The notes: a model not told the origin generated them from the letters alone. Positions 11,886 through 25,993 are shown, counted from the whole stretch's first letter. The stretch is 52,645 bases of DNA, filler included, from Squatina squatina (GCA_031763465.1; 4 parts of 4 records of this genome joined end to end with filler, not necessarily neighbours in it); one strand, 5' to 3'. A program made the numbers and translations.

Positions 11886-12588
11886 NNNNNNNNNNNNNNN
11901 NNNNNNNNNNNNNNNNNNNNNNNNNNNNNNNNNNNNNNNNNNNNNNNNNNNNNNNNNNNNNNNNNNNNNNNNNNNNNNNNNNNNNTGTGTGTAGACCTGT
12001 TTTCTTTCCCTCAAGCTTTGGTGGTGCTTCAAATTCAAGGACACCATGCATTTGCCGTTTAAAAGCTCCTGGACTTTCTCATCAAACCAGCCTTGATGTT
12101 TCCTCTAATCTCGCTGTAAAAACCTCCCCCCCGAAAAAGTTAAGCCTTGTTCAATGAGGTATAACTGGGTTTTTAAATGGCGTACTAAGTCGTGATTACT
12201 TAACCACCTCTCTGGCTCTGAAAAATTAATTTGATATTTGTGGAATGTGAAATTTCTCCATTATGATAAAAATTCCCATCGATTTTTAAAATAGATGTTA
12301 AAAAAAAATTAATGATATTTCAGCTTCTACCTTGATGTCCCAATCTTTATTTTGCTCTCTAAAATTCTTAAAAAGTGAACGATAATCAGTGCTTTTTGTT
12401 TCCTGGTCTGCTGTCGAAGAATTCTTCAACGTGACTGGCTGCTTAGCCTGCTTGATGACATCACTGTTGCTGTCTGCCGGACATCTCCGATAGATGCCAC
12501 CAGAATGAAATCAACAGCAGGAAAGGGGAACTCCAAGCCACAGGACTTGGTGGACAGCTTTCTTAGAGGTCAGCAGCGAGTGCTGTCA

Positions 12589-12688
12589 NNNNNNNNNNNN
12601 NNNNNNNNNNNNNNNNNNNNNNNNNNNNNNNNTTAATTAATTAANNNNNNNNNNNNNNNNNNNNNNNNNNNNNNNNNNNNNNNNNNNN
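12589..12688. other. Artificial scaffold-concatenation linker
   Basis: Exactly N44-TTAATTAATTAA-N44 (100 nt; stop codons in all six frames). Confidence 0.97.
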
Positions 12689-14631
12689 GGAATTTTGTGT
12701 GTCGCAAAATTCGAAATGGGTTTTTGAAGGTTTTCCTCTGTCATCTCTAGAAAAATCATAACCAGCTTCTAAACAAATATTTCCGATTTCACTAGAAATA
12801 CCAAACAGGAAATCGCCATGTGCACATTTCCAATGTTGCCACATTTTAATGGCCAGAGGAATTGTTACCCAGTGGTCATTTGAGATTTAGTATGTCAGAC
12901 ATTACTCAACACTTTTAACAGTTTGAGTACTTTCTATTGCCACTAATGTTACACCTTGGCCTTGTGGAGAAGGGTTATCCGCAACTTTTAGAACATTTTT
13001 TATTTGTGCTCAAGGCTATATACTGGTTTCAGATTTCACCTTTCACTGTGGTTAGTGGTAGGGTACTATTACTGATTGAGCTAGGACAATGGTAAATATT
13101 TTCAGCAATGGCTGACGCATCGCTTGATTTCCCATTATTCTAGAGGCATTTTAACAGTATTCCTTATTTCCTCTCTGCTTCTCTTTTTATTAAATTAAGA
13201 AAGCATTAATGTTATCTTTAGGGATTGGCATTTGACACACATCAGAAATTTGGAGAGTCAAAGCCGAGGTCCCAACTTACGTGTTAGTGGCAGCAGAAAT
13301 TAATGGCCTTTGCACCCTCTAAATTGCATTGCATGAAATCTAAAAATACAACCTCCTGCACCGTAAATTCTAGGTTTGAGTGCAATCTGGTCAAGAGATT
13401 CTGCAATGGTGACAAGTACTGCTAAGTTCTTGTAGTCTCTGGTTTTCTTTCCACATCCTAAGACATGATATTCCATTTTATCCTACTTGGTAGAAGGAAA
13501 GACTGTCTAAACCCTGCCAAGATTCAAATCCAAGACTTTCTGGCTCCATTCCAATGTTCAACTGACTGAGCTACCTGACCTTATATTAGGAAGGATACAT
13601 CAAACAAGTGCTCTTGTGTTTTTCTCTCTATTAGATGGCTATTTAATTAAAGGCTTGTTCCAGCTAACTTGTAAAATATCACATTTCGCATATAATGAAG
13701 CGTGTAACTGAATTAATTCCCAGAGGTATTTATTTGAGTGGGTGATTCTGGCAACAAAAAGTAACATTATTTGTCAATAAACATATTTGGGAAGGTGTTG
13801 GTGAGCTACTATTTTCCACATCCAAGCACAAAACCATTACCCAAAGAAGCCTCTGAACAGCCATTCAAGAATGTGTAAATACTTGCCCAGAAGTGTTCTG
13901 GCAGCGCAGTGTCCATTTATGTAACTATCACCGACAGTAAGGAAATGTACATGAGCAGTAAGTGATTCAGACTTTTCACCACTGATACTGGAAACTGGAA
14001 TGATGGCAGATGGACCAGTAATTCCTCTGGCAAACCTTCTGCCCGTTTGGCATTCAACCATTGTCTATGCCACTAATGGCAGTGGAGAAATGGATTACCT
14101 GGCACTCGCCATTATAACCAGCTAAAAGTCAGCTGAAAGTTGGATTTAAAAAAAAATTAAAATTATTATTCCCACTTGGCATTGAGTGCCCACTGAATGC
14201 AATTGTTAAGATACTGTGGACGAGCTGAGGATGTTGTCATAGCGACTGGCCTGGTATAGCACTGCCATCTGCAGCCTTGTGCTGAGAGCTAGGAATTCTC
14301 TAGGAGGTAATATAAATGCAAAGTCCTTCTTTTCTGACTTTTTCATGTTTTGAAAGGTCCCAAAGGAGAGAAACGGAGGAATGTCACCAGGCAAGAGTTA
14401 GAATTGTTGGGAGCGATGATTGAAGGTATGGTTGAAGAAGATGGTTTTTTTGAAGGTGAAGGAGCTGGTGGCAAGCTGCAGAGGTTTAGGGAAAGAGTTC
14501 CAAAGTGTGCTTGGGGTTGCTATGGACGTTGNNNNNNNNNNNNNNNNNNNNNNNNNNNNNNNNNNNNNNNNNNNNNNNNNNNNNNNNNNNNNNNNNNNNN
14601 NNNNNNNNNNNNNNNNNNNNNNNNNNNNNNN

Positions 14632-14770
14632 CTAAATCATTGATATATATCACAAAAAGCAAGGGATCGAGTACTGAGCCCTATGGAACCCCACTGGAAA
14701 CAGCCATCCAGTCACATAAACATCCATCGACCATTATTCTTTGCTTTCTGCCACTGAGCCAAATTTGGAG
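14632..14770 (-). mobile_element. CR1 LINE reverse-transcriptase fragment
   Basis: Reverse complement reads agt ggg gtt cca tag ggc tca gta ctc gat ccc ttg, a decayed SGVPQGSVLGPL RT motif. Confidence 0.7.
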
Positions 14771-16624
14771 ATGTCATTGCAGGCAGAAGTTCCACTGCCC
14801 CTAACTTCCGGCGCAGCAATGGAGCTCTTGGAATTTACGGGCCTTTGCTTTCTCTTAACAGCTAAACCATCCATCTTCTTTTACTAGACAGATGCAAGAA
14901 AAACTGAATCATCTGACATGATATCACTAGCCTCCAACTGCTCTATCTCCATTGCAATCTTTCCTGCCTTTCCCTATTTTATCTGTAACATTATGGTCAA
15001 TACTCTTTGAGCCTCACTCTCTTGTTCTTCTTAATATCTAAATGCTCCATCCCACACACTCCTCCTTCCAGCATCCACAGTGTGTTAAAATTAAGATTCA
15101 TCACACAGTCTCCGACTCTAACTCATTCTTTCCTATGAACCCTAACCTCCTTCAATCATTCCTTCCTTATATAGGCTTCAGTTTTTTTAAACACCAAATC
15201 AATACTTTCTGATTTACTTCAACTGCTCATCAGCCTTAGTGGTTTCAGGTGCTCTGGGCCTGGGACCGTCACCTTGTTTTCTCAATAGGAAAAAACCCAT
15301 AAAATTCTATATAATAAAGTAAACAGAACCATCGCAGATGGGCCTCCTAAAGTTCCAGATTTGGCTATATGAGTAAGATGGACACACTCTAGAGAATATG
15401 TTCCTGACAGATGTTATTTCAAAGCAGGATATTGACTGCATTCATCCAAACACATGGAGCAAGTGCCATAGCTATGATTATTGGGTCCTTTTAAAGAGAA
15501 GGATGAATCTGCAATTATTACAGAGACCAACTTTCCCATCTTGTGATGTTACAGGAGACAAGGGCCAGCTGGACAGAATCTGGCAGACTGCCACCTCCAG
15601 AAAAGAAAGAGTCAAATGGGTAATAGCTGAACACAGAAAAGCTTACAGACCTCCATGGTGACCAGCGCTGCCAGGCATGGTGAATTAACTTTTATATATC
15701 TTTTGGGTATAAAGTGGAAATCCAGTGAGTGAAGTGCTTAAAAGCAGAACAAATCAGAGCGGGAACTCAACACATGTTTTTTTTTGAAAAGGGCTTAGGG
15801 AACTGTTTTTAAAAAAGGAAGGGAAAATATTGCAAACATATATTTAACTATATACTGCTGTCAGTACAATGGCAATGGAGACCTTTAAAAGTAAATTGTA
15901 TCTAAAATAGGACAAAAGTAAGGCAAAGAGGAATGTGTTTTGGTTTTCAACAAAACAGTTACCAAAAATTCTGAACAGCTGTTTTAATAAGAAGATAGTA
16001 TTTATATTGATAATATAAGCTTCTCTTTCAAATAACATTCCAACTCTTTAAACTGCAGTGTTCTAACTTCAGCATGTTGTTTTAATGAGAAATGCAGTTT
16101 GAAGAGGAAAGCTATCTGGCAGCTCAGGTTACTTTTTTTAAATTAATGTTATGTTACATATCATCTCATAATGTTATCGTAATATACCTCTCAGCGCTGA
16201 ATGTTATCAATAGCAAAATGTTTAAATAAACCAGGAGAATATAGTAATTAAAATATGCCTAACAGTAGTCCATGAAAAGTAATCATAGCTTCACTTGAAT
16301 TTCTCCTTCAGGCACCACTTGCTGCCGTGGTACAGAACTAACACACAACATGAGCCAAAAAATGTTCTGTTTAACAGAGCAGCCCAAATGCTGTGTCCAC
16401 CAACAGTAGTATCACCTGGGCCTGCATTGGAGTAGATTCATTCGAGCAAAGGCCGAGGTACTTCTGAGCATCCACAATGCTAGCAGGGTACAACCTGGGC
16501 AGGATGATCAAGACAGGGGTGGAAACCTTACCGTTACTGCCTTGCATCTCTGTCTTTTTATGACATTTATTATATAATATAGCAGATAGTTTTTACAATT
16601 GCATTATTAAAGCTTTAAATTTTA

Positions 16625-16704
16625 TAGAAACATAGAAACATAGAAAATAGGAGCAGGAGTAGGCCTTTTGGCCCTTCGAGCCTGCTCCGCCATTCAATGA
16701 GATC
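16625..16704 (-). mobile_element. CR1 LINE 3' end with octamer tail
   Basis: (TAGAAACA)n tail followed by aggagcaggagtaggcc...ggcccttcgagcctgctccgccattcaat. Confidence 0.8.
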
Positions 16705-16804
16705 NNNNNNNNNNNNNNNNNNNNNNNNNNNNNNNNNNNNNNNNNNNNNNNNNNNNNNNNNNNNNNNNNNNNNNNNNNNNNNNNNNNNNNNNNNNNNNNN
16801 NNNN

Positions 16805-16990
16805 TTGTACTGAAACAGCTTGACTAAAGGTGCAGCTAATTCTGGAGAACAGGTCTTCAGCACTACAGTTGTGATGTTGTCGGAGCTGTAGCCTTTGCTA
16901 TGACCAGTGCACTTAGCCTTTCTTGATAATACATGGAATCAATCGAATTGGCTGAAGACTGAGAGCTGTGATGGTGGGGAGCTCAGAAGG
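16805..16990 (-). mobile_element. Non-LTR retrotransposon RT fragment, same family as 48018-48870
   Basis: Translates LKTCSPELAAPLVKLFQY, near-identical to ICAPELAAPLAKLLQY at about 48360-48410. Confidence 0.8.
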
Positions 16991-19243
16991 TCAGCATTTT
17001 TCACCCTCTGCAATTTCTTTCCGTAAATGTCTTTTTTTGATGTTTAGAGTTGACAAATGTGTATGTATGCCCTAAACAAAACTCAATAAATTATAATAAA
17101 TTGTGGTTCATTGATCACTGGTACCTAGGAGTAGGTTAATTTGTTGAAGCTATATCATAAAATGTATTAGCAAAACAAGAGCAGTTTATACACATCATCT
17201 GACCCCTTAAGAGTAGATCAACAGTCACTGGAAAAAAACTTGTTTTCCTTCTGTGTGCACGGCTCAGACAGTCCCACTGAGGTCCCAGACAGTGGTACAT
17301 GCTTGTCTTTCAATACCACACAAGATCGACCGGCAGCGTAAATGTCCACCATTCCCTACTTCTTTTATATCCCTTGAGTGTTAACACTCTTTAATTCACT
17401 CTTTATTATCCATCACTTTTAATAATCTTTTTTTTGCTTGCTGTTTCTTTTCTGTTTTCAGGATGCTTGAGCTTGAAGCAGCTGTCAATGTGCAGCAAGT
17501 CCTTGACGCATGGTGACTTTTAGAAGAAATCATTTATGTCATGTGAATTTGGCACAGTAAAGGGGATTAATGAGCTTTATTTCACAATTACACGGGTTTC
17601 CGTTGATAGAAGTTATAGTATTCCCTAGATCAGCTATTAACCAAATCTCGATATCACTTGTGATCTAATGGTGAAGTACAATTAGGCTAAAGTCGCCTAA
17701 TTCCTTGGAACCCAAACAGAGCCTCACCATTCATTGCCATCCACCACGACACACAGTAAACAAATAAACAAAAAAGGAAAACAGTATTCTGAACAAGCAA
17801 AAAAGTAAGAAATTGGTCTATTCCCAGTCTAATACTTTAGGGTCAAAGTGACATCAATACATTGTTGGAGCTTTGCTTTGGTCATTTTGAGAGAATGTAC
17901 TACTGCTTGGAATGCATTCCGTTCTATGTATTGTATAATATATAATATATGTCTTCCACAGACTTTCCTGATATGAACATATAATTCCTTCTCAATACAC
18001 TTGCAGTAACATTGCCCCGATTATAAATCATTTAATGTGAATGCATCTGGTATCAACAACAAAGAGTGTGTTAGTAGCCAGGACCTATGCTGTCACCACT
18101 AACACAAAAATGGACATGAAAAAATAAAACTACTGAATAAATTGGTATTATACATTACTTTAAAAATAACAAATAACCTGGAGCTATTTCAAATTGGTAA
18201 TTTAATCCCAGGGTTCAAATGACAGTTATAAACTGTTCATGTTTCACTTTGTGGTATATGACATCATCTGAATCCCCTGACGAGATTACTGCCTTGTAAT
18301 TACTCCCAGGTATCCGTTATTCTCTACTTAATCAACTGCAAGTGTTCAATGAAGTCGTAAAGCCTCTTGAATCAAACTCTTCTGGCACACATACAATCAC
18401 TGCTAGAGAATATATGACCAATATTATTCTTTGTTACTTAGTAGAGAGAAAGAGGGGGTAATTATTTGTCTTTGATAGTGAGCGCAGTAATGATTCTGTT
18501 TGACAGTCTTGTTCTGATCACTCAGTTGCATAGCCCTTAAATTTAGCCATTCGTCAACCAGTACACAACCGAAGCTTAGAGCTACCAGCACAAAACAGGA
18601 GAATGCAAAGAGCTGGGCTACAGAAAACATTTAAAATATAATGGAATAGTCTCCTATCAATAACAATTCAATTGCAAGGTGTATTAATATACTGAAGAAT
18701 TTCAACATTTTTCCATTTACAATATGAAAGGAAATTAAATACAGCAAGTAAAATAGCTACAAATTATTTGCTAATACATACTGTCCAAATTGGGTTAAAA
18801 ATTATACGTAGTATTCACTGTCGAAAAGATGCTCTCTTTACCAAGTGATGTAAAATGTATTGATTAGTTCAGCTCCAATAGCTTACATGAAAACTAAAAC
18901 ACGGGCTGAATAATAAATATTTATATGTATTACAGGAGAAATATGTATGATTACCAAACTATAGAGAAATCTGTAGGGGACGTCTAACCCTAATGGTATT
19001 CTTCCCTTTCACTCATCAGCCATACTTATTGCAAACATATGGTTGGAAACCAATGCATTTGAATGTTTTGAATTTGCAAGGGACAGATTTGGCTCTAAAT
19101 AAAATGCACACNNNNNNNNNNNNNNNNNNNNNNNNNNNNNNNNNNNNNNNNNNNNNNNNNNNNNNNNNNNNNNNNNNNNNNNNNNNNNNNNNNNNNNNNN
19201 NNNNNNNNNNNCACATAAAGATGACGGATGTCTACTTTTCTAG

Positions 19244-19396
19244 GCTGAGTGGCATGTCCCCTTTTCTGGGTGATCATGACACTGAAACCATGAACAATAT
19301 TATCAACGCAAACTGGAACTTTGATGCAGAAGGATTTGAAAATGTGTCTGAAGAAGCAAAAGAATTTGTTTCGAACCTGCTTGTGAAAGAAAAGAG
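19244..19396 (+). CDS. Myosin light chain kinase (MYLK2/MYLK3/MYLK4 subfamily) kinase C-lobe exon
   Basis: LSGMSPFLGDHDTETMNNIINANWNFDAEGFENVSEEAKEFVSNLLVKEK; 153 nt, phase 2/2; acceptor cttttctAG, donor GTatga. About equally similar to recalled MYLK2 and MYLK3, so no symbol is given. Confidence 0.9.
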
Positions 19397-20065
19397 GTAT
19401 GACAAATAAAATATAATTGTCCTTGCAGCATTTTCCCCATTTTAAATTTTGTGAGGGACTAAATTCAAATTAGTGCTGTGTCTGGGTCAGTAATGAGGTA
19501 CTTCAGTTTATGTCAGTTCTTTAGCGTCCAAGGCCAAATTTCTTCAGTTTCCTAAATCTTCAAGTTTTCTGTGTATGACTGCTCAAAAAAATGATTTACT
19601 ATAAATTCTACTGAAGAAAATAGAGAAATGTCTGGAGACAGCACATTTCTTCATTTAGAGGACTTGTCAATGATTTGAAGAATATGCGTCTCTTATAAAT
19701 GCTAGTGTAAAAACCCGACAGTAAGTTAAGTGGAAATCCTGTGAACAAAGCAGGTTCCCTGCTGGGTAATGAGGAGAAATAATCTGGTAGAAGCTTGTGT
19801 GATTTATGTTCAGAACATAAAAGAGCTGGGTCCTTCCCCTTTGCTTCTCTTATACTGGAACTAATGAATTCCTCCTGTACAAAGTGTGCCTGTCAGTTAT
19901 TTAAAAAGACTATTTCCAGTGAGTTCTTCTAATGCAACACTGGAGTTTGTTTTATCCGTTCATTACTTCAGAAATTTCAATTTTCCACTCATACATCCAC
20001 TAGGTGTTTATTAAAGAACTCTTTCAGAATTGCAGAAGTTGTCCAGCACTAGAACCAGACACATA

Positions 20066-20628
20066 AGGAGGAATTTTAACTCTTCTCGTTTGGCAGGAAC
20101 TGACCAGGGGTATCATTGAAATGGAGCATTCAGCCTTAGCACCCGTTCCCGCTGGAATCCTGCCAGTCACAGTTTTATCTGCTTACTGCAATTTATTAGC
20201 CTGAGCAGATAGGAGCTTTGTTAAATTGATAATAATTGGAGACCCAAGTCAACCACTGCATTTTAACCTGGGCCTGAGCCGCCGCGTGAAGTCAGGTCGG
20301 CAGTTGTCGGGAGGGTGGAGAGCCTCCAAGGTAGGTGGAAGTCTTTCCTTTGTAGGTCCAGGAGGAACAGCAGGCCCTCTGCCAAAGATTTAGCTGCTTG
20401 CTGGCAAGTCACCCTATTGGTGCAGCCTGGCGAACTCGATCCACCTAAACTTCTGCTCCCGCCCACTGGCCAGTTGCTGCTTTCCAACTGCCTCGGGCAG
20501 GAAGCTGGCCAGTGGCATGCACATGAAGCCCAGGAGTTAGAATACCCTGAACCTCAAACCTCAGCCTGTGAATGCATTCACCCAACCCTCTACTTACCAG
20601 AAACCTACTGGGGGTTAAAATCAAGCCC
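20066..20628. mobile_element. Degenerate MITE-like element
   Basis: GC-richer block bounded by imperfect inverted ends (ggaggaattttaac ... gttaaaatcaagccc). Confidence 0.45.
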
Positions 20629-23359
20629 TTCTTAACAATGATCCTGAGATGCAAAGTGCAAGGCAAAAGCAATGTTGATTCTTAATTCATATCAGGTTTG
20701 ATTGTGCAAAGCTGTTCATTTAATTTCTACTTGGTCAACAAATCTGATTATGGATTTTGGCAGTTACACAGATGAATGTGAAGAATTCTCATAATTTTAT
20801 TTCCTAACGTATAACAGTAAAGATTGTGGCATGCTGCTTTACAGGCAGGAGCACAGAAGAACAAGGTTACTTTTTCCAGATGTGGTATCAAAATTCTCTA
20901 AAGACCGTAATAGTTATCATAAGATTTATGGACGATAATTTATTAATCAAGGTTTTCCTCAAACTCAGAGATCGGGTCTGAAAGATTAAAGAGGAAGATA
21001 AAATAAGTCACTTTTTTAAAAATTGGAGAGGTACATAACATTGTGTTTCCCTTCTAGCACAAATTACTTCTAATGACTGTGTTCCTAATATTCCCTCCCA
21101 AAGTCAATTCTAATCCTGAAGTGCTGTTTGTGCCAGCAAATTCCTTAACAGTCAAAGTGCACGTCTGGTTTCCAACATTATGATCAATTTCAGACATTTG
21201 TTGCCTTAATTAAAGCATGTTGTTTCAATGTCTGAATTTTAATATTGCTGCATTTTTTTAGTAATCTTTTTTCTACAATTCCCCCCTCAAAAAGCATGCT
21301 TTAAATAGCAACATCTTTTTAAAAATGTAACATTCCATTGCGATTGCGTTTCGTGCATAATCTCTACCCGTTGAATATTCACTTTAAGCTTCCATATTAA
21401 AATATTCAATAGCAACATATGTGATCATTTTGTAGAAGCTCTCATCCGTTTAATAGTACATGTTTCCTAACATTTTACAGATTGCTACAAACCAATAAAA
21501 GATAAAATATTGCCCATGGATGAAACTACTCTAAATTAGTCAAGCTGTGGTCACATAAAGCAAATTTACAACATGTAAAAGTTGCCTCGATTGGTATAAC
21601 CAGTTTTGCTCTTCACACAGCTTGAAAGTAAAGGATATACAGTATATTATCACAAATATGCCATGCTGGACAATGCTCTGCATTTTTGTAAAGTATGTTA
21701 TTTCTGTTTAGTCGGTAAAGTATAACAGCTTATTTACACTTGTGGTACATCTCTCACTCGATTCGATCAACTTCAGTTCAATTCATGTGTAAAAACCATT
21801 ATTGTGTAAAGCATCATGGGCAAACCCTATAAGTATATTTGAGGAAAGGTCACTGAATGGCTGGTTTATGCCCCCAGTCTTAAGTTGCGGGCACAGTTGT
21901 CAACTGAAATGGAACCTTCAGGTGATCCAACGATACTGAGGCAGCATCACAATGTGCACCTGCAAAAAATAAATAACGTGGCTAATGGAAGTGACCAATG
22001 GAGAGCCAGCAAACAAAACCACTTCACTGAATGCATCATCCTGATTAGAACACACTTTTTGAGGCCAGTGGTTTCAGTGCCAGTCCCGTCTGAGCTGGAT
22101 GAAGTTAGTGAGTACCTTTAGTTGATTTTCTTTCACTTTCTTTTCCCACCACTTCTTCTTCCCTCCCTAAAGACATTGGGGCAAATTTTGACTTTGGGTG
22201 ATGGTGTAAATTGACNNNNNNNNNNNNNNNNNNNNNNNNNNNNNNNNNNNNNNNNNNNNNNNNNNNNNNNNNNNNNNNNNNNNNNNNNNNNNNNNNNNNN
22301 NNNNNNNNNNNNNNNTGTTTTTTGAAATCTTAAAATGTTTGCAAAGGGAATTTTTATTAGACACCTTGGATGTCGGAATTCATGATCTGCATGATATGAA
22401 GAGTTTGTCTAAGGCTGCAGAAGTTGCTTTTGGATAATGATCAAAACATACACCAAAGCAGTCTACCTCTTCTTTATACTGCTGCTGTTATTGTGTTTAG
22501 ATTTGGATAAACTTTCTCTGGAAGGTGATCGCTCACAGCAGTTAACTTTAAACTTGCTGCTTAGAAGTAGTGCTGTGTGTGAACAGACTTGTCATCATAC
22601 ATTCCAGGCTGCTCTCAGGAATGAATTTGTCTTTCCTCAACACTTCTCAATTCTTAGGCGGCAGACATTCCTGCTGCTCTGGATTAATCCAATTACTAAA
22701 CACCTGCAGACATGCAATAACAGTTTCTCTGCCAAGTTTCTATAAATGTGGTTTTATGGAAGAATGTATACTCCACTGTCCTACTATCAGGAGTCATGTT
22801 ACACACCTGCCAAGTTATAAACGTTTAAAAAAAATCACAAATGCGTTGACCCATTTCAAGAGTGGAAGCTTCACTTTATACATATTTCAAGGATATACTT
22901 CAATTGTCCCTATCATCTAGCCTGCCAAGTAAGCCATTACCATAATGTAAACTTTCAGCTGATTTTATAAATGTCATTTGGTTCTGTATAGCAATGTTTA
23001 TATTAAAAGGCANNNNNNNNNNNNNNNNNNNNNNNNNNNNNNNNNNNNNNNNNNNNNNNNNNNNNNNNNNNNNNNNNNNNNNNNNNNNNNNNNNNNNNNN
23101 NNNNNNNNNNNNACTACGTGTGATTTTAGAGTATTGGGTCCAAACATCGCATCTTTTTTAATATAAATTCTATTTTGTACGAGCAGGAAATTGCAGTGAT
23201 TTCTTGCCGCTCGTTTCAGATGCAGCTCTGTCTGGATCTCTGCCCGAGATTAAATATAAATAAGAACCAGCTTCTTTGTAGAGGAAATCACAGAAATTAT
23301 ATTTGCTGGGATTTTATTAGATCAGTTTCTGAGCGAGGCACAGAAGCGTGGCTGCCCTG

Positions 23360-23690
23360 AGTGCGCCATGCCGGCGTCCGACGGTTCGAGAGCTCCCCCC
23401 AGAGCCTCTGGGGGTGACTGCGCCATCTGGGGTGGTACCGGGTCATCGCCCAGTGCAGGAAGATCCCAGTTTCGGTCTGCAACTTGTGCTGAGTCAGCCG
23501 ATCTAAGGCAGGGCATAAGTAGGAATGTTACTATCAGCCTCAGCACCCCTGGGTCAAAGATGGAAAAATCGACTAGTGCTCCTGTTCCTGATCACTATCC
23601 AGCGATACCAGCTGGAGGTGCACATCTGTGAATATCAGGTGAGGACAGGATTGGCGCAACTATGATACTCACTCTTGGAGAAACCATATT
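23360..23690 (+). mobile_element. SINE-like interspersed repeat
   Basis: caggaagatcccagtttcg...tgctgagtcagccgatct; the head resembles 640-730 (caggaaggtcccagattcaa) and an inverted piece near 47260-47295. Confidence 0.5.
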
Positions 23691-25309
23691 GCAACAAGAA
23701 GTCAATTATTTCAGGAGGGGATGGGGAGGGGGAAATTGGCAAGCAATGTAAAATTACTCAGCCAGTGCTAATCCTCTGACTGGAAGTGCCTGTAGCATTC
23801 ATCATATAATTGGCATGACTAACCTTTCACTAGTTTTATGCATTTCAAAATGCTACTTATTATTGTGAACATTCTACCTATTAATTAGCAATTAGAAAGT
23901 TGTATTTGGTATAGAAGTTGGCAGTTGTATAAGTGTAAATGTGATCATTTTGTATTGTGACCTTGTTGTGGCCTTCAATGCCACATGTTAGCTCATGATG
24001 TCCAAAAACAACCAGAAAGAAAGAAAGAAAACATGTAGTCATGAAATTTGTCACAGTTTAAGTAATGGCTGTGCCATATACCTGTGCATTTTTCTTGGAA
24101 AAGTGAGACTACCCTATGGAGTAACATTCAAACTCTGAAGTCCTATGGGCACTCCGTAATGTTTTACATTCTGTAAATTAGTGGACACATGTCCATATCT
24201 ACATAACAGCCTGAACTCATGACATCATGTCCTTCTGTACTGTGAATGTTTAAAATGCAGATGTGTGGGACTGCAACACTCCTTGCAGATCATTTTTCTT
24301 CCCAGAAGTGCACTTTGAAACAGCAAGCCAACANNNNNNNNNNNNNNNNNNNNNNNNNNNNNNNNNNNNNNNNNNNNNNNNNNNNNNNNNNNNNNNNNNN
24401 NNNNNNNNNNNNNNNNNNNNNNNNNNNNNNNNNNNNNNNNNNNNNNNNNNNNNNNNNNNNNNNNNNNNNNNNNNNNNNNNNNNNNNNNNNNNNNNNNNNN
24501 NNNNNNNNNNNNNNNNNNNNNNNNNNNNNNNNNNNNNNNNNNNNNNNNNNNNNNNNNNNNNNNNNNNNNNNNNNNNNNNNNNNNNNNNNNNNNNNNNNNN
24601 NNNNNNNNNNNNNNNNNNNNNNNNNNNNNNNNNNNNNNNNNNNNNNNNNNNNNNNNNNNNNNNNNNNNNNNNNNNNNNNNNNNNNNNNNNNNNNNNNNNN
24701 NNNNNNNNNNNNNNNNNNNNNNNNNNNNNNNNNNNNNNNNNNNNNNNNNNNNNNNNNNNNNNNNNNNNNNNNNNNNNNNNNNNNNNNNNNNNNNCACAAT
24801 CTCTTTAATTTCTTCATCCCTCACATGTAATAACTCTGGCCACTGATAAGAGCAGAATTCAAACTAAACATATTGCTTAACTCTAGCATAAACTAACTAC
24901 ATGATTACATAAACATTACCCTATGAGCTGGATTTGAAAATAGTCAAATAGCAGTGTTGTACTTCAATCTTCTACTTATCTGGAAGGAGTGCTTCCAAAT
25001 GTATTGAATCATAAAAGATGAGAGCAGTACTAATTTTAGCGCTGCCTAGCACTGCTATTGCTATGGTAACAAAGTAGAGTAAATCAGTGGACAACTTCAA
25101 TTGCGCTGACTTAGCTGAGCTTTTCTCTGTCCGCTGGATGCTGCGAAATTATAAACATGTCCTTTATAAATGTGTTTACCATTTGTCTGCACCCAGTACA
25201 CAGAGGAAGTGTTCCTCCTTTCTGATCACCACATCCTGTTCAAGTAAAACTCTTTAAAAAATTGTTGCATTAAAGCTTTCAAGCTTTCACAATTTTTTGT
25301 TTTGATTTA

Positions 25310-25665
25310 TGGACAGGCACTTGGCTGAGGGCTGATGACTCCTTTCTCCTTAAAGAAGCTTCCCCGCCTGACTACCTTTCCATCATTTACACCTCTCAAA
25401 CCTCCATGGTGGCGGTGTAGCCGTTAATCTCTAAATCACACCTTGGTCTCTCTCCTTCCTCCTCTGGCAACTCCTCCATTGAGCATCTCACCTTGTTCCA
25501 CCCCGCGTGATTCTCAAAGAAAATTCTTGTTCTCTACTGCCCATCATGTATCACACCAAGTTTCTCACTAAGATATCTTTTCTGCTTTCCTCCCTCAGCA
25601 CTGAGTGGCTTCTCATTTTGGTGATTTCAACCTCCATTCCTCCCTAAATCTCTCCCTCCATAAAA
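25310..25665 (+). mobile_element. L2 LINE endonuclease (APE) fragment, decayed
   Basis: Recognisable TWL...EASPP.Y...GGGVA...GDFNLH motifs with frameshifts; pyrimidine-rich coding strand. Confidence 0.7.
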
Positions 25666-25765
25666 NNNNNNNNNNNNNNNNNNNNNNNNNNNNNNNNNNN
25701 NNNNNNNNNTTAATTAATTAANNNNNNNNNNNNNNNNNNNNNNNNNNNNNNNNNNNNNNNNNNNN
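25666..25765. other. Artificial scaffold-concatenation linker
   Basis: N44-TTAATTAATTAA-N44. Confidence 0.97.
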
Positions 25766-25993
25766 CTCCTTGGACCTGCATTAAATCAGCACTTTAAAAG
25801 GACCCTGCTACAAAACTTTCAGCTATAACATGGTCCCATGATCTGGACCACATTATACTGGAGCCCCAGTGTAGTTCAAACCAACAATTTCAGACTTTAC
25901 TTCAGGTAATTTCTTTGAAAACAGTTGACAGCACAAGGGAGACATTAGACAACCTCATTATTACAAGTATAATTCTCTTTTTTCCCCCTCTAG

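Noticed and set aside
12633-12644. TTAATTAATTAA as a biological repeat, piggyBac target or homeodomain site
   Set aside because: It is always centred in exactly N44/N44, so it is a synthetic six-frame-stop spacer.
16312-16457. Exon-like segment after ttctccttcAG
   Set aside because: Stops in all three phases before the candidate donor.
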